Assembly (NCBI RefSeq): GCF_006345805.1
Contig: NC_043015.1
Coordinates: forward strand, 26,350,001 to 26,414,000
From: Octopus sinensis
Taxonomy: Eukaryota
Reading direction: 5' to 3'
DNA: 64,000 nt
Shown here: piece by piece, positions 14,820 through 28,402 of the stretch
Position numbering within the stretch: position 1 is the first letter of the stretch
Layout of the letters: the number at the start of each line of letters is the position of its first letter
Position numbers and translations under genes: made by a program
Notes under the pieces: model-generated
What the model was told of the DNA's origin: nothing
Database searches by the model: none
Seen by the model: the letters and a program-made list of their open reading frames with translations, nothing else

Positions 14820-14990
14820 TACTTCAACCTCGGCTTGACAGTCTGAGCTATTTTGTTATATCACCGTAACCTAGCGGCTCGTCTTTGAGGAAATAAATAG
14901 AAGACATGCGCATAAGTACTGCTGTCTATTCATTCGGCTACGCCTTTCAGGATGTTGCCCCAGCATGGATGACACAAACATAGGGAAAAG
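14820..14990 (+). mobile_element. Degenerate SINE family 1, 3' half
   Basis: GCTTGACA...CCGTAACCTAGCGGCTCG...TGCCCCAGCATGG remnants. Confidence 0.55.
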
Positions 14991-16869
14991 ATAAAGATTA
15001 CCTATAGAATAGCTTCTAATGACCAATGTTGCTTGTGTCCTATTTTTGTTTGGTTAAACACACATTTCAAAGCATTTCCAATGATAAGACACAAAGGTGA
15101 ATCTTTGCCTGTCATTTGGAAGTTATACTGCCAAGTAATTTTTGGTCGCTGCACCGATTAAGTGGCAATTTCTAGTCAGTATGAATACATTTCATCGCAG
15201 AAGTGCAGCAAGAAATTTTTTGAGTAAAGGTCATTCTAATAATTAAAGAAAGTGAGACGGTACAAGCAATCTCTTCTGCCATGACACAGACACATACCAA
15301 TATTTAGTTTTTACATTTTGCCACCATCCCACACTATAAGGAATGTCCCATTCAACAAACACTTGTTCCATATTTATAGACACAAAAAGTCGAGAGAAAC
15401 GACAGGTAAAACTTTAATAAGTTCTTTTAGCAAGAAAAATACCCAGACACTTTAGTAAATCCAGTCATAAGCAAAGCAAAAATAATCAAAATCTTTGTTT
15501 TGTGGAGACACTCTCACAATGTGGGGGAAAACCAAAACGCACATATATCAATATTCGTATCTTAATTACCCCAAATCCTAAAACATACAACTTATTACAT
15601 TTCGGCAGAACGATACTTTTACAATTTCGAATCAGTCATGAAATTTGAGGAAAATTATTAAAGAATCACAAATTATCAGCAGAAGACAACCACCAAATCT
15701 CAAAAGAATCCTAAGAAAGTCGAAATTCAGTTCGGAATAAGAAATATACAAGAGATAAACAACGGGGAGCGTCGTTGTGGGACATGTGAAATAAGAGAGA
15801 GAAACAAAAAGATTAAGGAATGGGAAGGAATTGAATGTTACTGCAAACGTGAAGTGCAAAACTGAATACAATTCATTTACTGTATCACTTACCCACAATG
15901 CAATGAGAACTACATTTGCCAAAGACGATTAACGTTAATACACGAGTGAGAGGACAGGAATAACAAATTACGAAAACACTTAGATTAGTAAAGATTTAGA
16001 CATTTGTGCAAATTGAAAATTCTAAATTCTTTTTTTTTTTTTAAATAAAAAGAATGATGAGTTGTGAAAGGCAACACGAAAATACATTCTAAGAATACTA
16101 AATCCAAGTCTAAAGCGAAATTATTCAGCGCCACTACAGAAACAGAGCTTCCCTTATATGAACACATCATAACATGTGTGTTTAAAAAGTTGAACAATGA
16201 AAACGCAAACACATAAAATAGGAAAACTTCCTTCTCAAAGATTAATCTCGTTCTGTTTAAAATTTTTTCTAATAGTTAATAATTGTTAAGAAATGTCTCT
16301 TGTGAATATATGAAGTAATTTTTGCAAAATCACAAACGCACACATACACACACGCACACAGATATATATATATATACATACAAACAAGTAAACAACAGGC
16401 ATTTCTCTCTCAATCGAAATCCATGATTTTGTGTGGGTTGAAAATTTGACGGGAAGTAAGATGGACTGATAGGAGTGGAGAGAGAAAGAAAAAAGGGAAG
16501 AGAATGAGAGAGTAATGAAGAAGTGGGTGTATTAGGGTGAGTAAGACGAAGACTAAAAAAGCGAGATTCTGCATAGTAGCAAGCGATGATATAAATAAGT
16601 AAAATTTAAAATTCTCATTTATTCTGATGACAAAGAGAGGAAATAAAGACAACTTTATCATGACAGTTCATTTTAAGGTAAAAACAAACATCGAAGAATT
16701 TAATAAAATTCAAAAACAAAATATTATATCTTGTTTATATCACATATATACCAGAAACACATGAAAACAAATACATTTAAGTACTCGTAAGGTTACACGC
16801 GTCTGTATGCGTGTATGTAAGTGTACATATAAGCATACATTTATATGTGTGCGTTAATCTATGTCACCC

Positions 16870-16909
<40 letters not shown>

Positions 16910-17039
16910 TGTGTGTGTTTGTGTGTGTGAATTAATATAAATATATATATATATATAATTATATACGTGTATGTTTTTGTTGCTATACATTAATAGAAAT
17001 ACATTTATGAAGATACATATGAATATATACACGTAACTA

Positions 17040-17075
<36 letters not shown>

Positions 17076-17459
17076 TGTATGTATGTATATATATGTATAT
17101 ATATATATGTATATATATAAATATATATATGTATGTATGTAAGTATATATGTCTCTGGCTCTGTATGAATGTATGTAATTTATATATGTACACACAAACA
17201 CAATCACATAGATAAATAGATACACAGACAGAGGAAGTCAGACAGACAGAGAGACAGACATACACATACACACACACACACACACAGAATCAGTGAGTAA
17301 ATTAACGTATTTCTATTTGGGAGTTAGTAATAGTGCGTGGAGTCATATTGAAATGTTTCTCCCGGCGGGAGATAACGATATTGATTCAACTTAAGCGTCA
17401 ATATGATTGACGTTGGTCGAGATGGTATCGTCACCGACATCAGCTTCCTCCGCTTCCTC

Positions 17460-18230
17460 TTCCTCCTCATTATTATTATCATCATCATCATCATTATCGT
17501 CGTTGTCGTCGTCGTCATCATCATTACCATCGTCGTCCTTATCATCACAGTCATCATTAACGTCATCGTCATCATCCTCAACCTCATCTTAAATAAAAAC
17601 ATCAATTCCATCCTTATTAGCGTTTCCATTTCCATTATTACCGTCTTCATCGTTTTCATCTTATTCATCATCGCCTTCCTTATCCTCAGCATTCTCCGCT
17701 TGCTCTTCATCATAGTTGTCATCATACTATTTTCCTCGCAATAGTCATCTTTTCCCGCTCCTTTCCTGCTCCTTCCTCACATCCTCTCTATAATAGTCGG
17801 CCAGCGATAACGGGATCGCTATTTATACCAGCATCAGTGTCAGTCTCATCGACGCAATGGCTTCAACTGCATTTTTCAATCATGCTCATCAGCATCGATG
17901 CCATCGCCACACTGTGGCAATTGTTGTCCAAATTTGCAAAGTCTTTCATCCTCCTCCTCCTCCTCCTCCTCATCATCATCATCATCATCGTCATCATCAT
18001 CATCATCGTCGTCGTCGTCGCTGTCGTCGTCATCGTCATCGTCGTCATCATCATCATCATCGTCGTGATCATCATCATCATCGTGATCATCATCATCGTC
18101 ATCATCGTCATCGTCATCGTCATCAGCATCATCATCATCGTCGTCGTCGTCATCATCATCATCGTAATCATCATCGTCATCATCATCATCATCGTCGTCA
18201 TCGTCATCGTCATCATCATCATCATCGAAA
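17460..18230. repeat. (ATC/GTC)n trinucleotide-rich low-complexity region
   Basis: Direct reading; yields poly-I, poly-H, poly-D and poly-M ORFs in several frames. Confidence 0.9.
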
Positions 18231-18708
18231 TCGTTACAGCCCCAGAAAATGGCAAACACAGATCAGTAAGCGATGGCCATTAACTTGATGTCGAATATAA
18301 TTTGAAAGAACAACACCGTTTTCGGTTATCATAACAATTATTTTCACGTTTAGAATCATCTTGGTTGTCGTTGATATCATGACCATCACCATCATCCTCA
18401 CCACCATTACCAACAACACTATCATCACCAACATCACCATCATCATCATCATCACAATTAATATGTAGTCACCCTGAAGATTGAGAAGAAAAACAAAATA
18501 AATAAGAAAATAAAAAAGAAATTTCAATGAGAAGTATGGCGTCAGCAAGTTAATAAATTTTGTGCAAAAAATATAATGAATATTTAACCACAAGTCTGTA
18601 TATACACATGCGTATGCCAATACACACATACACACATACGTTACATATAGAAGCAATACGCAGAAACATATAATATACATGCATACATATATATATATCC
18701 ATATATAT

Positions 18709-18756
<48 letters not shown>

Positions 18757-18784
18757 TTTATTTAAAGCAGCAAAACCTGTTACA

Positions 18785-19030
18785 ATGATGACGACGACAG
18801 CAAGGATGAAGATGTAGAAAGCGAACATGATGACGATGATGATGATGACGATGACGATGACGACGACGACGATGATGATGATGATGATGACGATGATGAA
18901 TACGATGATGATGATGACGACGACGATGATGATGATGATGATGACGATGATGATGAGGATGAGGATGATGACGATGATGATCACGATGATGATGATGATC
19001 ACGACGATGATGATGATGACGACGATGAAC
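18785..19030. repeat. (GAT/GAC)n microsatellite
   Basis: Direct reading. Confidence 0.9.
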
Positions 19031-19170
19031 GGCAACGGGAAACTCAGAGTAACAGGTTTTGTTGAATTTTCTGCTGCTTTAAATAAAGCATATTACTCTA
19101 CCACTGGTATTTGAGTACTCTTTTTTTCCACCTTGTTTCACATTTATGTGTTTACTCCGGTATATATATA
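19024..19170 (+). mobile_element. Short repeat with 3' part of an HHR-like motif (probable PLE pLTR remnant); related copy at 44035-44160
   Basis: GATGA-ACG gcaa CGG-GAAA-CTC a GAG-TA-ACAGG followed by ...TGCTGCTTTAAATAAAGCATATTACTCTACC...TTTACTCCGGTA, which recurs at about 44035-44160. Confidence 0.55.
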
Positions 19171-19837
19171 TATATAAATTATATGTAAATATCATATTGT
19201 CATATGCAACAATCTATTTAAATATACACATGTATACGAATTTATATATCTATATATTCAGTAAATGCATGCATTGCATGCATATATGTGTGTGTATGTA
19301 TATATATATATGCATATTATTTAAATATATAGATAAGTATAATACTTAAAGAAATCATATATTGTATTTATACGATAGATACAAATGTACGTATAGGTAT
19401 ATATAACATATGTGTGTGTTGTGTCTGCTTACATGCATACATACATTCACGTGCACATATATGCATGCACGAATGTGTTATATATATATACGTTCTATGT
19501 GTACCTATATAAGCATTAACACACACCGTGTCAATAAAATGGGTTTTGGTAGTCTGTTGTATAAAAAGAGCCTGACAGTGAAATGACAAATAAAGAATAC
19601 GTATAAAACACACGTCACACAACGTCATACTCATGCACCATACATGGTCACACAAACGCACATATTTACACATATATACATAAAGGAGTACATATTCATG
19701 TATCAGCATACACCATGAGTGCTTGTGGTATACGTATTAAGAGTGGGGATACTGATGTTGACATTAGACACATAATAGTACATACTCACGGGAGAGATTC
19801 CATATACACACCTAATATGACACAGTTACATGCACGC

Positions 19838-19975
<138 letters not shown>

Positions 19976-20072
19976 TATAGATAGATATATAGATATATTG
20001 ATAGAAGAATAGATAGAGTGATAGATAACATATATATATGCATATGCAAACATATACATAAAATAAATTCTT

Positions 20073-20154
<82 letters not shown>

Positions 20155-20162
20155 TATATATG

Positions 20163-20212
<50 letters not shown>

Positions 20213-20408
20213 TGTGTATGTATATGTATGAGTGTATTCAAATAGGCATATAGGTCTATACATACATAGAGTGTATGTATCTTTTGAAGGAAAGCCTCGG
20301 TGGTGTCATCGATGAAATTCGATGAAATATGAGACAAAATAAGGAAAAAATACAATAATATATATAATATATAATATCAATAAAGATAAAATTAATAACA
20401 ACAACAAT

Positions 20409-20444
<36 letters not shown>

Positions 20445-20960
20445 AATAATAATAACAATAGTAATAGTTCACTCGCATAATGATATTCTCTTATCTTTTC
20501 TCATTTGAAATAACAAAAAATCCTCAAAATTACATAGAAAAAACTAAAAATATAACCCATTTTAATAGATGTACAATAAAATGAAATGAAATAAAAAGTT
20601 TTTCACAAAAAATACTATAACACCGAGAAATCACAATAGTTCGTTTATTCTTTTCAACTGATAATAGGAATTATATGGACTTTATATATTTATTCATTTA
20701 TTTATTCAGTTTTCCTTTATATATGGGTGTGAGTTATTGAGAATTATTTTGTCTTGTTATATTTTTTTATTTTAGCATTTTATTTATAATTTTTTGTTCA
20801 TCTTGTGCTCGTTGCATTGTTCTTATTTCCAAGATGTTGGTAATCAGTGAGAGAAAATGTCAACCCGGGATTTATTTGTTTATAATACAAAATCATTGAC
20901 TCTCTAGATTTAATTTACCTGAAAAGGAGAAAAATTTGATCTGAAATTTGACGAAAATAT

Positions 20961-20994
<34 letters not shown>

Positions 20995-21049
20995 ACACCA
21001 TCGTAGCAATAATAACAACAATGATGATAATAAAATAATAATAATAATA

Positions 21050-21113
21050 TAATATAATAATAATAATAATAATAATAATAGTAATAATAATAATGATAAT
21101 AATGATAATAATG

Positions 21114-21162
<49 letters not shown>

Positions 21163-21180
21163 TAATAATAATAATAATAA
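21050..21180. repeat. (AAT)n microsatellite
   Basis: Direct reading. Confidence 0.9.
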
Positions 21181-21308
21181 TTGATAGCATTCTAAATAAA
21201 TTGTGAAACATTTTAACTCCTGTAATTACGATGTCACCGAAAGATTGTTGTAATGTGTTAAAGAAAACACATTGTTTTCAAATAATAATAATAATAATAA
21301 TAATAATA

Positions 21309-21359
<51 letters not shown>

Positions 21360-21512
21360 CAGTAGTACAATAGAAATTAGTTAAGACACTTATTAAGATT
21401 TATGAAAATCGTAGTTCAGTATCTTTATGATTGCGTTGGTCTAGATGAGGCCCGTTCGTATCTCATCCCTATATGTACATATGTGTGTATATATACACAT
21501 ATATCTATGTAT

Positions 21513-21552
<40 letters not shown>

Positions 21553-21647
21553 AGCAGATACATAAATATATATATAGGTATGTATATATATGCCTACATA
21601 CACACATGCACACAATACTCACACATGCATGTATATATATATATATA

Positions 21648-21813
<166 letters not shown>

Positions 21814-21835
21814 TAGATAGATAGATAGAGATACA

Positions 21836-23322
21836 CAGTGGTATCTCGCACTACGAGTTTAATTCGTTCAATGACCGAGTTCGTTTTATGATTTATTAGT
21901 TTTACAAATTAATTTTCCCCATGAAATGAACTAAAATATAATTAATGCGTTCCAGCCCCGCAAAACCACCCAAAAATAGTCTTTCATGGGTTTTAAAACT
22001 GAAAAATTGCATTTATGAGTTATAAAAAAACGAACGCATAAGAAATATGTAAACTAGTTTCATGACTGTATTACCTTAAGGATGGGACGACTTTTGCGCG
22101 AGGAAAACGATAGAGCGGGGAGAATTATTATTTGGAAAGAGAATCTCCTTCTATGAAGACTTTATGAAGAACAATTTATGGCATTTTCTCTTTCACTTCG
22201 CTTAAATTGGGCTTTTGGGAAGCACTTTCTTGACTTTTTATACATTACGTCGTTTCGTTAGAAACCTTTCAAGAGAAGTCTACTTTTTCCTGCCTTTCAA
22301 AATGTTACGAAAATGCGCCAGAGCAGTGTCAGTAAATAAACACAGCTGCGCAACACGTAGCTACTTTTCAAGATGATATTTTTCTACAAATTTAGAAACA
22401 TACTGTAGCCTGGCATTTTCTTCTCCTCTACAGTTATGTAGGTTCTTCTAGGCTTTTCTTTTGTTTTGTGCAAAAAAGGTAAGTTTCCTCACAACAGAAT
22501 ATCTATTGTGAGATGTACCTCTCGGCGGCGATGAGCTGACGAAATCTTCACTTGCCTTCGAGTCAGAACTCGCTGCTTCTCCATACCTGACGACGCTATG
22601 AACACCAGTCCTCTTCTTGAAATTATCAAACCAGCCGCGACTGGCCTTAAATGCATCTGTTGCTGTTCCAGGGTTCTGCTACAGGGGATCCCCATACAGC
22701 GTTCCTGATTTCTTGCAGAGGAAGGTTTCCATAATCATAAACTCTTCGAGCTGTTTCTCATTGATCCATAGGAGAAGCTATTTTCCATCCTTTCGTGGAC
22801 AGATGTGCGTTGCTCGGAGAGCCTGGAGGCACCATTTACTTTTGTAAAGGCCTTTTTTTCTCCAGAATGGTGCAGATAGTCGACTTGCTTCAGTTGTATT
22901 GACGTGCTATGTCCACTTCGCGCACTCTTATCTCATGTTTATCAAATATTTCCTTCTTCAGTTCTATCGTGATCAATATTTCTTTCTCAGCGCTGTCCTT
23001 TGCACTAATCTTCTTAGGACCCATGCCTAACACAACTGAATACTATAAAATTATAGCAAAATATGCACAATAGTAAATAGAAACACTGAGAAAAATACAA
23101 CAGAGAAGCTACCACAACGTGATAAACACTTGAACTGAACGAGCGGAGATTGCACTTGTTGCGCGAGAGTGTACGAGCTCAGAGCCGACTAGTGGTCGCT
23201 TGTATTAAACTCGCTCGTGCTGCGGATTTCCGCTCGTACTTCAAGACAAAATTTCACAGGAGCCTCGGCTCTTACAGCAAATTACTTGTACAACGGTGCA
23301 CTCGTACTGCGATGTTCTATTG
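21836..23322 (-). mobile_element. Tigger/pogo DNA transposon, internally deleted
   Basis: Minus strand from ATG at 23024: MGPKKISAKDSAEKEILITIELKKEIFDKH...SKSTICTILEKK...LLLWINEKQL...FKASRGWFDNFKKRTGVHSVVRYGEAASSD (CENP-B HTH), broken near 22485. Degenerate TIRs CAGTGGTATCTCGCACTACGAGT (21836) and the reverse complement of ACTCGTACTGCGATGTTCTATTG (23300-23322). Confidence 0.85.
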
Positions 23323-23325
23323 TAT

Positions 23326-23482
23326 AGGCGTACTTGTGTGGTTAGAAGCTTGCTTCTCAACTACATAGTACCAGGTTCAGTCCCACTGCGTAGCAACTTG
23401 GGGAACTCTATTTTGCTATGGCCTCCGACCAACCAAAGCCTTGTAAGTGCATTTGGTAGACGGAAACTGAAAGAAGCCTGTC

Positions 23483-23485
<3 letters not shown>
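23326..23485 (+). mobile_element. SINE family 1, 5' head only
   Basis: GGTTCAGTCCCACTGCG...GCATTTGGTAGACGGAAACTGAAAGAAGCCTGTCG then (TA)n. Confidence 0.8.
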
Positions 23486-23536
<51 letters not shown>

Positions 23537-23642
23537 AATGTGAGGATAAAATTCTTTTCGAAAAAAAAGTATTTTCTCGAAAAAAATTTCAACAATGGCC
23601 AGCATATAAAAAAATACCTTTAACGGTTAAATTCATAAACAA

Positions 23643-24123
23643 TTCATAAATGAGGGCAACGGAAAAAATTCTAATGCCAAATATGCCGAAAAATTGGACA
23701 TATTGTCCATTAACCATATAATTTTTTCACAATACGCACGCTACTCGAAAAAAGGTCGACAGAAATTTCTAAAAAATTCCATTAGTACCATATTGGACCG
23801 ATTTCAGAGTTAACTACTAAGAGGCCTCTCTTCGTCAGTGATACATGTGGCAAAAGAAATAAATGAGATACTTACTCATACGGATATGAGTAAGTATCTC
23901 ATTTATTTCTTTTGCCACATGTATCACTGACGAAGAGGGGGCTCTTAGTAGCTAACTCTGAAATCGGTCCGATATGGTAATAATGGAATTTTTTAGAAAT
24001 TTCTGTCGACCTTTTTTCGAGTAGCGTGCGTATTGTGAAAATATTATATGGTTAATGGACAATATGTCCAATTTTTCGGCATATTTGGCATTAGAATTCT
24101 TTTCCTTTGCCCTCATTTATGAA
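23643..24123. repeat. ~480-bp foldback palindrome (arms 23643-23880 and 23885-24123, loop CGGA), HHR-like motif in each arm
   Basis: Arms are reverse complements with scattered mismatches. Right arm: TATCA-CTGACGA(23927-33)-AGAG...CTCT-GAAA(23960-63)-TCG-GTC-CGATA. Confidence 0.9.
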
Positions 24124-24135
24124 GTATATATATAT

Positions 24136-24177
<42 letters not shown>

Positions 24178-24685
24178 ATATATTATATATATATATTTAA
24201 ACATAATAAAATAGGGTAATAATAAATTATTATTACCAGTAGCCTAGCACAAAAAAACGAATTAGTCATTAGACTATATATTATTCATATAGAAATACAA
24301 TAAGAGGCTTCCAAATAGGAAAGCGTTGTGCTAGAAAGGACAGTAGAAATCTCAAGACCACAAAAAGGATAAATTCACGAAAGGAACGAAAATTAAAAAC
24401 GTTTACCATCTCAACTATTTCCCAGACCGACGGTTTTTAACTATTTCCAGCAAAAAAAGTATTTGCTGAAGGCCAGTTTTCTTCAGTGGGACAGCCATTA
24501 GATTTCAGACGTACAGACCGCCAGATCCACATGTAGAACTAACGGTTTTTAAATCCTAACTTTTCAAACCACTGCGCAGACGCAGATTATACCCGGCGAC
24601 AGAGAGGATGCCGGTAAATATTTCGAACAAATTTATCAAACAATATTTAAACATAATAAAATAGGGTTTGGAAGCCTCTTATTGA

Positions 24686-24726
<41 letters not shown>

Positions 24727-24764
24727 TATTTGTGTGTGCCTTTGTGTCTGTATTTTCTCTACTG

Positions 24765-24932
24765 CCAACATCGTTTGACAGCCGATGTTAGTGTGTTTAC
24801 GTCCCTGCAATTCAATGGTTCATAGAAGTGCTAAGCTTACAAAAAGTAAGACCTGGAGTCGATTTTCTCAACTAAAACTTATGCGGCAGCATGGCTGCAG
24901 TCAAATGGCTTTAACAAATAAAAGAATAAAAC
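24765..24932 (+). mobile_element. Degenerate SINE family 1, 3' half
   Basis: CATCGTTTGACAGCCGATG...TTTACGTCCC...GCAGCATGGCTGCAGTCAAATG...AAATAAAAGAATAAAA. Confidence 0.7.
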
Positions 24933-24962
24933 AATTATATGTGTGTGTGTTTGTGTGTGTGT

Positions 24963-25001
<39 letters not shown>

Positions 25002-25059
25002 GTGGTGGTCTACGCCTTATGCACAGTTTGACCACCTGCTGTTCCTACACCACAGGACC

Positions 25060-25370
25060 ATCATAACATGTGATGTGGCTTTTTAAACCAAACTTCTGAA
25101 AAGACACCCACATAGATTGCACATCCGATATGGACGACTAAGAGCTGCAGGTAAGTTCTGATCTTTGTGGATCTTATAAGGTCTTTTGAGGCCTCCGTTA
25201 GATTTTCAAACCTTCTGGCATACACTGCATTCAAAGGTGTGCACAGACATATAGGCTGAAGAGTTGGTGGAGTTTTGTTTTCCAGGGTTTGCAGATGAAA
25301 TTTGAGCCCAGCATGGTCTGTCACAGACTGTGCACACAAAAAGTTCATTGTCCTTCACCTTCTCGATCGT
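25060..25370 (-). mobile_element. Probable RTE-type LINE 3' tail encoding three decayed C2H2-like fingers
   Basis: Minus strand with frameshifts: FVCTVCDRP/HAGLKFHLQT; FECSVCQKV*KSNGGLKRPYKIH; MCNLCGCLFRS/GLKSHITC; same style as the C-terminus of the RTE at 4440-4640. Confidence 0.6.
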
Positions 25371-25445
25371 AACATCGGTGACTAAACTGGCAATCCCACC
25401 AGGCTTGCTTTGTGAGGAGGGTGTTGTTGGACACCTTGCGGGATA

Positions 25446-25481
<36 letters not shown>

Positions 25482-25510
25482 TGTATGTATGTATGTATGC
25501 TTGTATATTT

Positions 25511-25955
25511 AGGCGCAAGTATGGCTCTGTTTAAGCAGATTGCTTCCCAACCCCATGATTCCGGTTTCAGTCCCACTGCGTGGCAGTTTGGGAGACTGTC
25601 TTCTGCTATAGCCTCGGGCCGACTAAAGACGGGACTCGGTTTCTAGAGAGAAACTGAAAGAATCCAATCGTATAGACTTGTGTCTGTGTATGTGTGTGTG
25701 CATGTGTCTGTGTTTGTGTTTGTATGTGTGTGTGTGCCTGTGTTTGTGTGTGTGTGTGCATGTGTGTGTGTGTTCTTCTCCCACCAGCACTTGACAATCA
25801 GTGTTGGTGTGTTTACTGTCCGTGTAGCCTACGGTTGGCAAAAGACACCTATAGGATAAGTATGAATTTTGAAAATATAGTGATGGGATCGCCTCATCCG
25901 ATTAAAAATACTTGAAAGTGGCGCTCCAGCATGGCTGCAGCTTAATTACTGAAAC
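25511..25955 (+). mobile_element. SINE family 1, diverged full-length copy
   Basis: GGCGCAAGTATGGC...GGTTTCAGTCCCACTGCGTGGC...internal (TG)n...GGCGCTCCAGCATGGCTGCAG. Confidence 0.8.
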
Positions 25956-26876
25956 GCACATACACATACACACGCACACACACGCGCACACGCACACAAA
26001 CACACACACACACACATACACATAGGAGTAGATAGATAGAAAGACAGAGAGAGATGGAATGCCCAAACTATTTTACAGATTGCAGTCGCCGAGTTTATAA
26101 GTGAGAAGTTGCATTTACGGAGAAAGTGGAGTCGAATAAAAACCGAATGCGTTTGGTCATTGTTGGGAGACCAGGGAGAAATGATAACTAAAACACTTTA
26201 AAATGAAGACCTTTCATTATTTATAAAGGAAGGCATTAGACAGTTGAAGGCATATTATTGGAATAACTGGAAGAATTCAGGCAAAATGTCATTGCTATTA
26301 GATGATCTCAGAGACCAACATTGACAAGTGATTAAACAATAACAGCAACAACAGCAATACTGCATGCAGGAATGCTTATGCCGAGTTACATATGAAACTG
26401 CACCTTAGTGATTTAATAAACAAAGTATTTTAAGTGCATCTAGAGAAAACCTCATACACAAAACTCCGTTTATCTGGATGGCATTGAAACTAATTTCTGA
26501 AGATAAATTTTGCCTTCTGTTTATTTCTGAATTATCAAAATATTATATTACTTTTCTACTGCAATTATTATTTATTATCCATTTATTTAGTATTTCATTG
26601 CCGTTTTGTCTTCTTTATTTACCACATGCAATAGAGTTACATATCACATATTCAATGAAGCAAATAAATACAGGAATACAATACAATATGTTGCAATATA
26701 AAATAGACAACTTACAATAATCTGTCTGTGTTGTAAAAGTAAGATGACGTAAATACACTGCTTGCTATTGATTTCTCATCACATAGAGTTTCGCCTACGT
26801 TTCCGTCTTGTATAAAACACAACGAAGAAATTTCAAAACTTAACTGTATGCCCCCATATATATGTCATTGTTAACA

Positions 26877-28068
26877 CACAGGGGTTGGACAATATATTGG
26901 AAATGGTGTTTGACTGCCATTAGCAGTAATTACAGCTTGAATTCTACGAGTTACGGACTCGTACAAAGTTTGAATTGTTTCCAAATGAATTTTTGTCCAT
27001 TCTTCAGCTAAAACAGTCTCCAGTTCTTGTAGTGGAGGATATCGACTTCTTACTTGTTTTTCTAAAAATGCACCATACTTGTTAAATAATATTGAGATCT
27101 GGGGCTGTGGTGGCCAGATTAAAATGTTCCTCATGTCATTCAGTAACAACTTTAGCTGTGTGAATTGGTTCATTATCACCCGGAAAGATTGCGTTTACTC
27201 ACGGAAACAGTTCCACAACCATAAGATGAATTTGATCAGATAAAATGCTTAAATAGTCTTGACTATTAATCATGTCATGAAGAAAAACCAGTGGGCCAGC
27301 GGATTTCTAAGATATAACCCTCCCCCACGCACACACACACACACAGATTATCACAGATCCTTCTCCATGTTTAATAGTTGGAAGAAGGCAGTCTGGATCA
27401 AATCCTTCTTTTGGCTGTCTCTTCACGTATACTTGGCCGGTGGTCGGAAATAAGATAAAGGATGACTCGTCCGAGAAAATAACATTCTTCCACTGTTCTA
27501 TGGATCAACTCTGTAGGTTATTACTCCACTCTAAACACTTTGCAACGTTTGTTTTTGAAAGTAGTGGTTTTCCGATTGCAGCCGTCCCGTGAAATCAAGC
27601 TTTGTGCAGTTCCTGGCGAATAGTTTTTGTGGAAACTGGGTTCTCAAGGTGGTCATTAAGCTCTCTGATCCTTTCTAACAATTCTCTTAAGAGTTTCACG
27701 GTCCCTATCTGATAGTTTTAAGGCTCTCTTCCGGAGTTTTTTCCCTCTTTCTCAAAAGCTGTCATTACTTTCGAGACAGTACTTCTTGATACACCAAAGA
27801 TTTCGGCTATTTTCGTTACTCTAGCGCCTACCATACGAGCACCAACAATTTGACCTCTTTAAAAGTCCGATAGATCTCTCATTTAAATGAATTTTAATTA
27901 CTTTTTTGTGATGATATCTGAAAAGAAACTGCAATTTTAGGAAAACATATTAAGCAACACTAATAATAAAACAAAAAACAAAAATAAACAAGCTTTTGAC
28001 GTTTTTATAGATATATCAAAATCATGATGCTATGATGCAGGGTGTTTCCATTATTTTGTCCAACAAGT
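26877..28068 (-). mobile_element. Tc1-family DNA transposon, decayed
   Basis: TIRs GTTGGACAA(T/A)AT..TGGAAA at about 26884 and 28043-28064. Minus-strand ATG at 27882: MRDLSDF*RGQIVGARMVGA..IAEIFGVSRSTVSKVMTAF; FSDES region; C-terminus WPPQ...LEKQVRSRYPP..ELETVLAEEWTKI..ETIQTLYESVTRRIQAVI. Confidence 0.9.
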
Positions 28069-28243
28069 AACATTAATTAACTAACAAGAGATAAATATAT
28101 TGAATACAAAAAAAAAAAATATTCGAAATATTCATTTTTAGATTTTTTTTTTTTTTTTGTAAATGGCTTCTCTGAATTATTTATTTTGTAAACATTCCAT
28201 TTTAGTCTATAAGTGTACACACAGTTCTGTATTTTTCTGAATA

Positions 28244-28402
28244 ATTCTTTCATAACCATTTCAACAAAGCATAGCTTTGTTGAACTGAAACCTGTTAATG
28301 TTTATCACCCCTGCTTGGTACAATTGTACCAAGCAGGGGTGATAAACATTAACAGGTTCAGTTCAACAAAGCTATGCTTTGTTGAAATGGTTATGAAAGA
28401 AT
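28244..28402. repeat. Near-perfect 159-bp loopless palindrome with nested hairpins
   Basis: Centre CAA|TTG at 28323/28324, arms of 80 and 79 bp differing by one base; each arm contains TTCAACAAAGC-nnn-GCTTTGTTGAA. Confidence 0.95.

Noticed and set aside
17324-19114. His-, Asp-, Met- and Ile-rich ORFs of 110-160 aa
   Set aside because: Open in most frames on both strands because they are (ATC/GAT)n microsatellites; no splice or domain evidence.
26050-26800. Possible hAT transposase remnant
   Set aside because: No convincing conserved motif or TIR.
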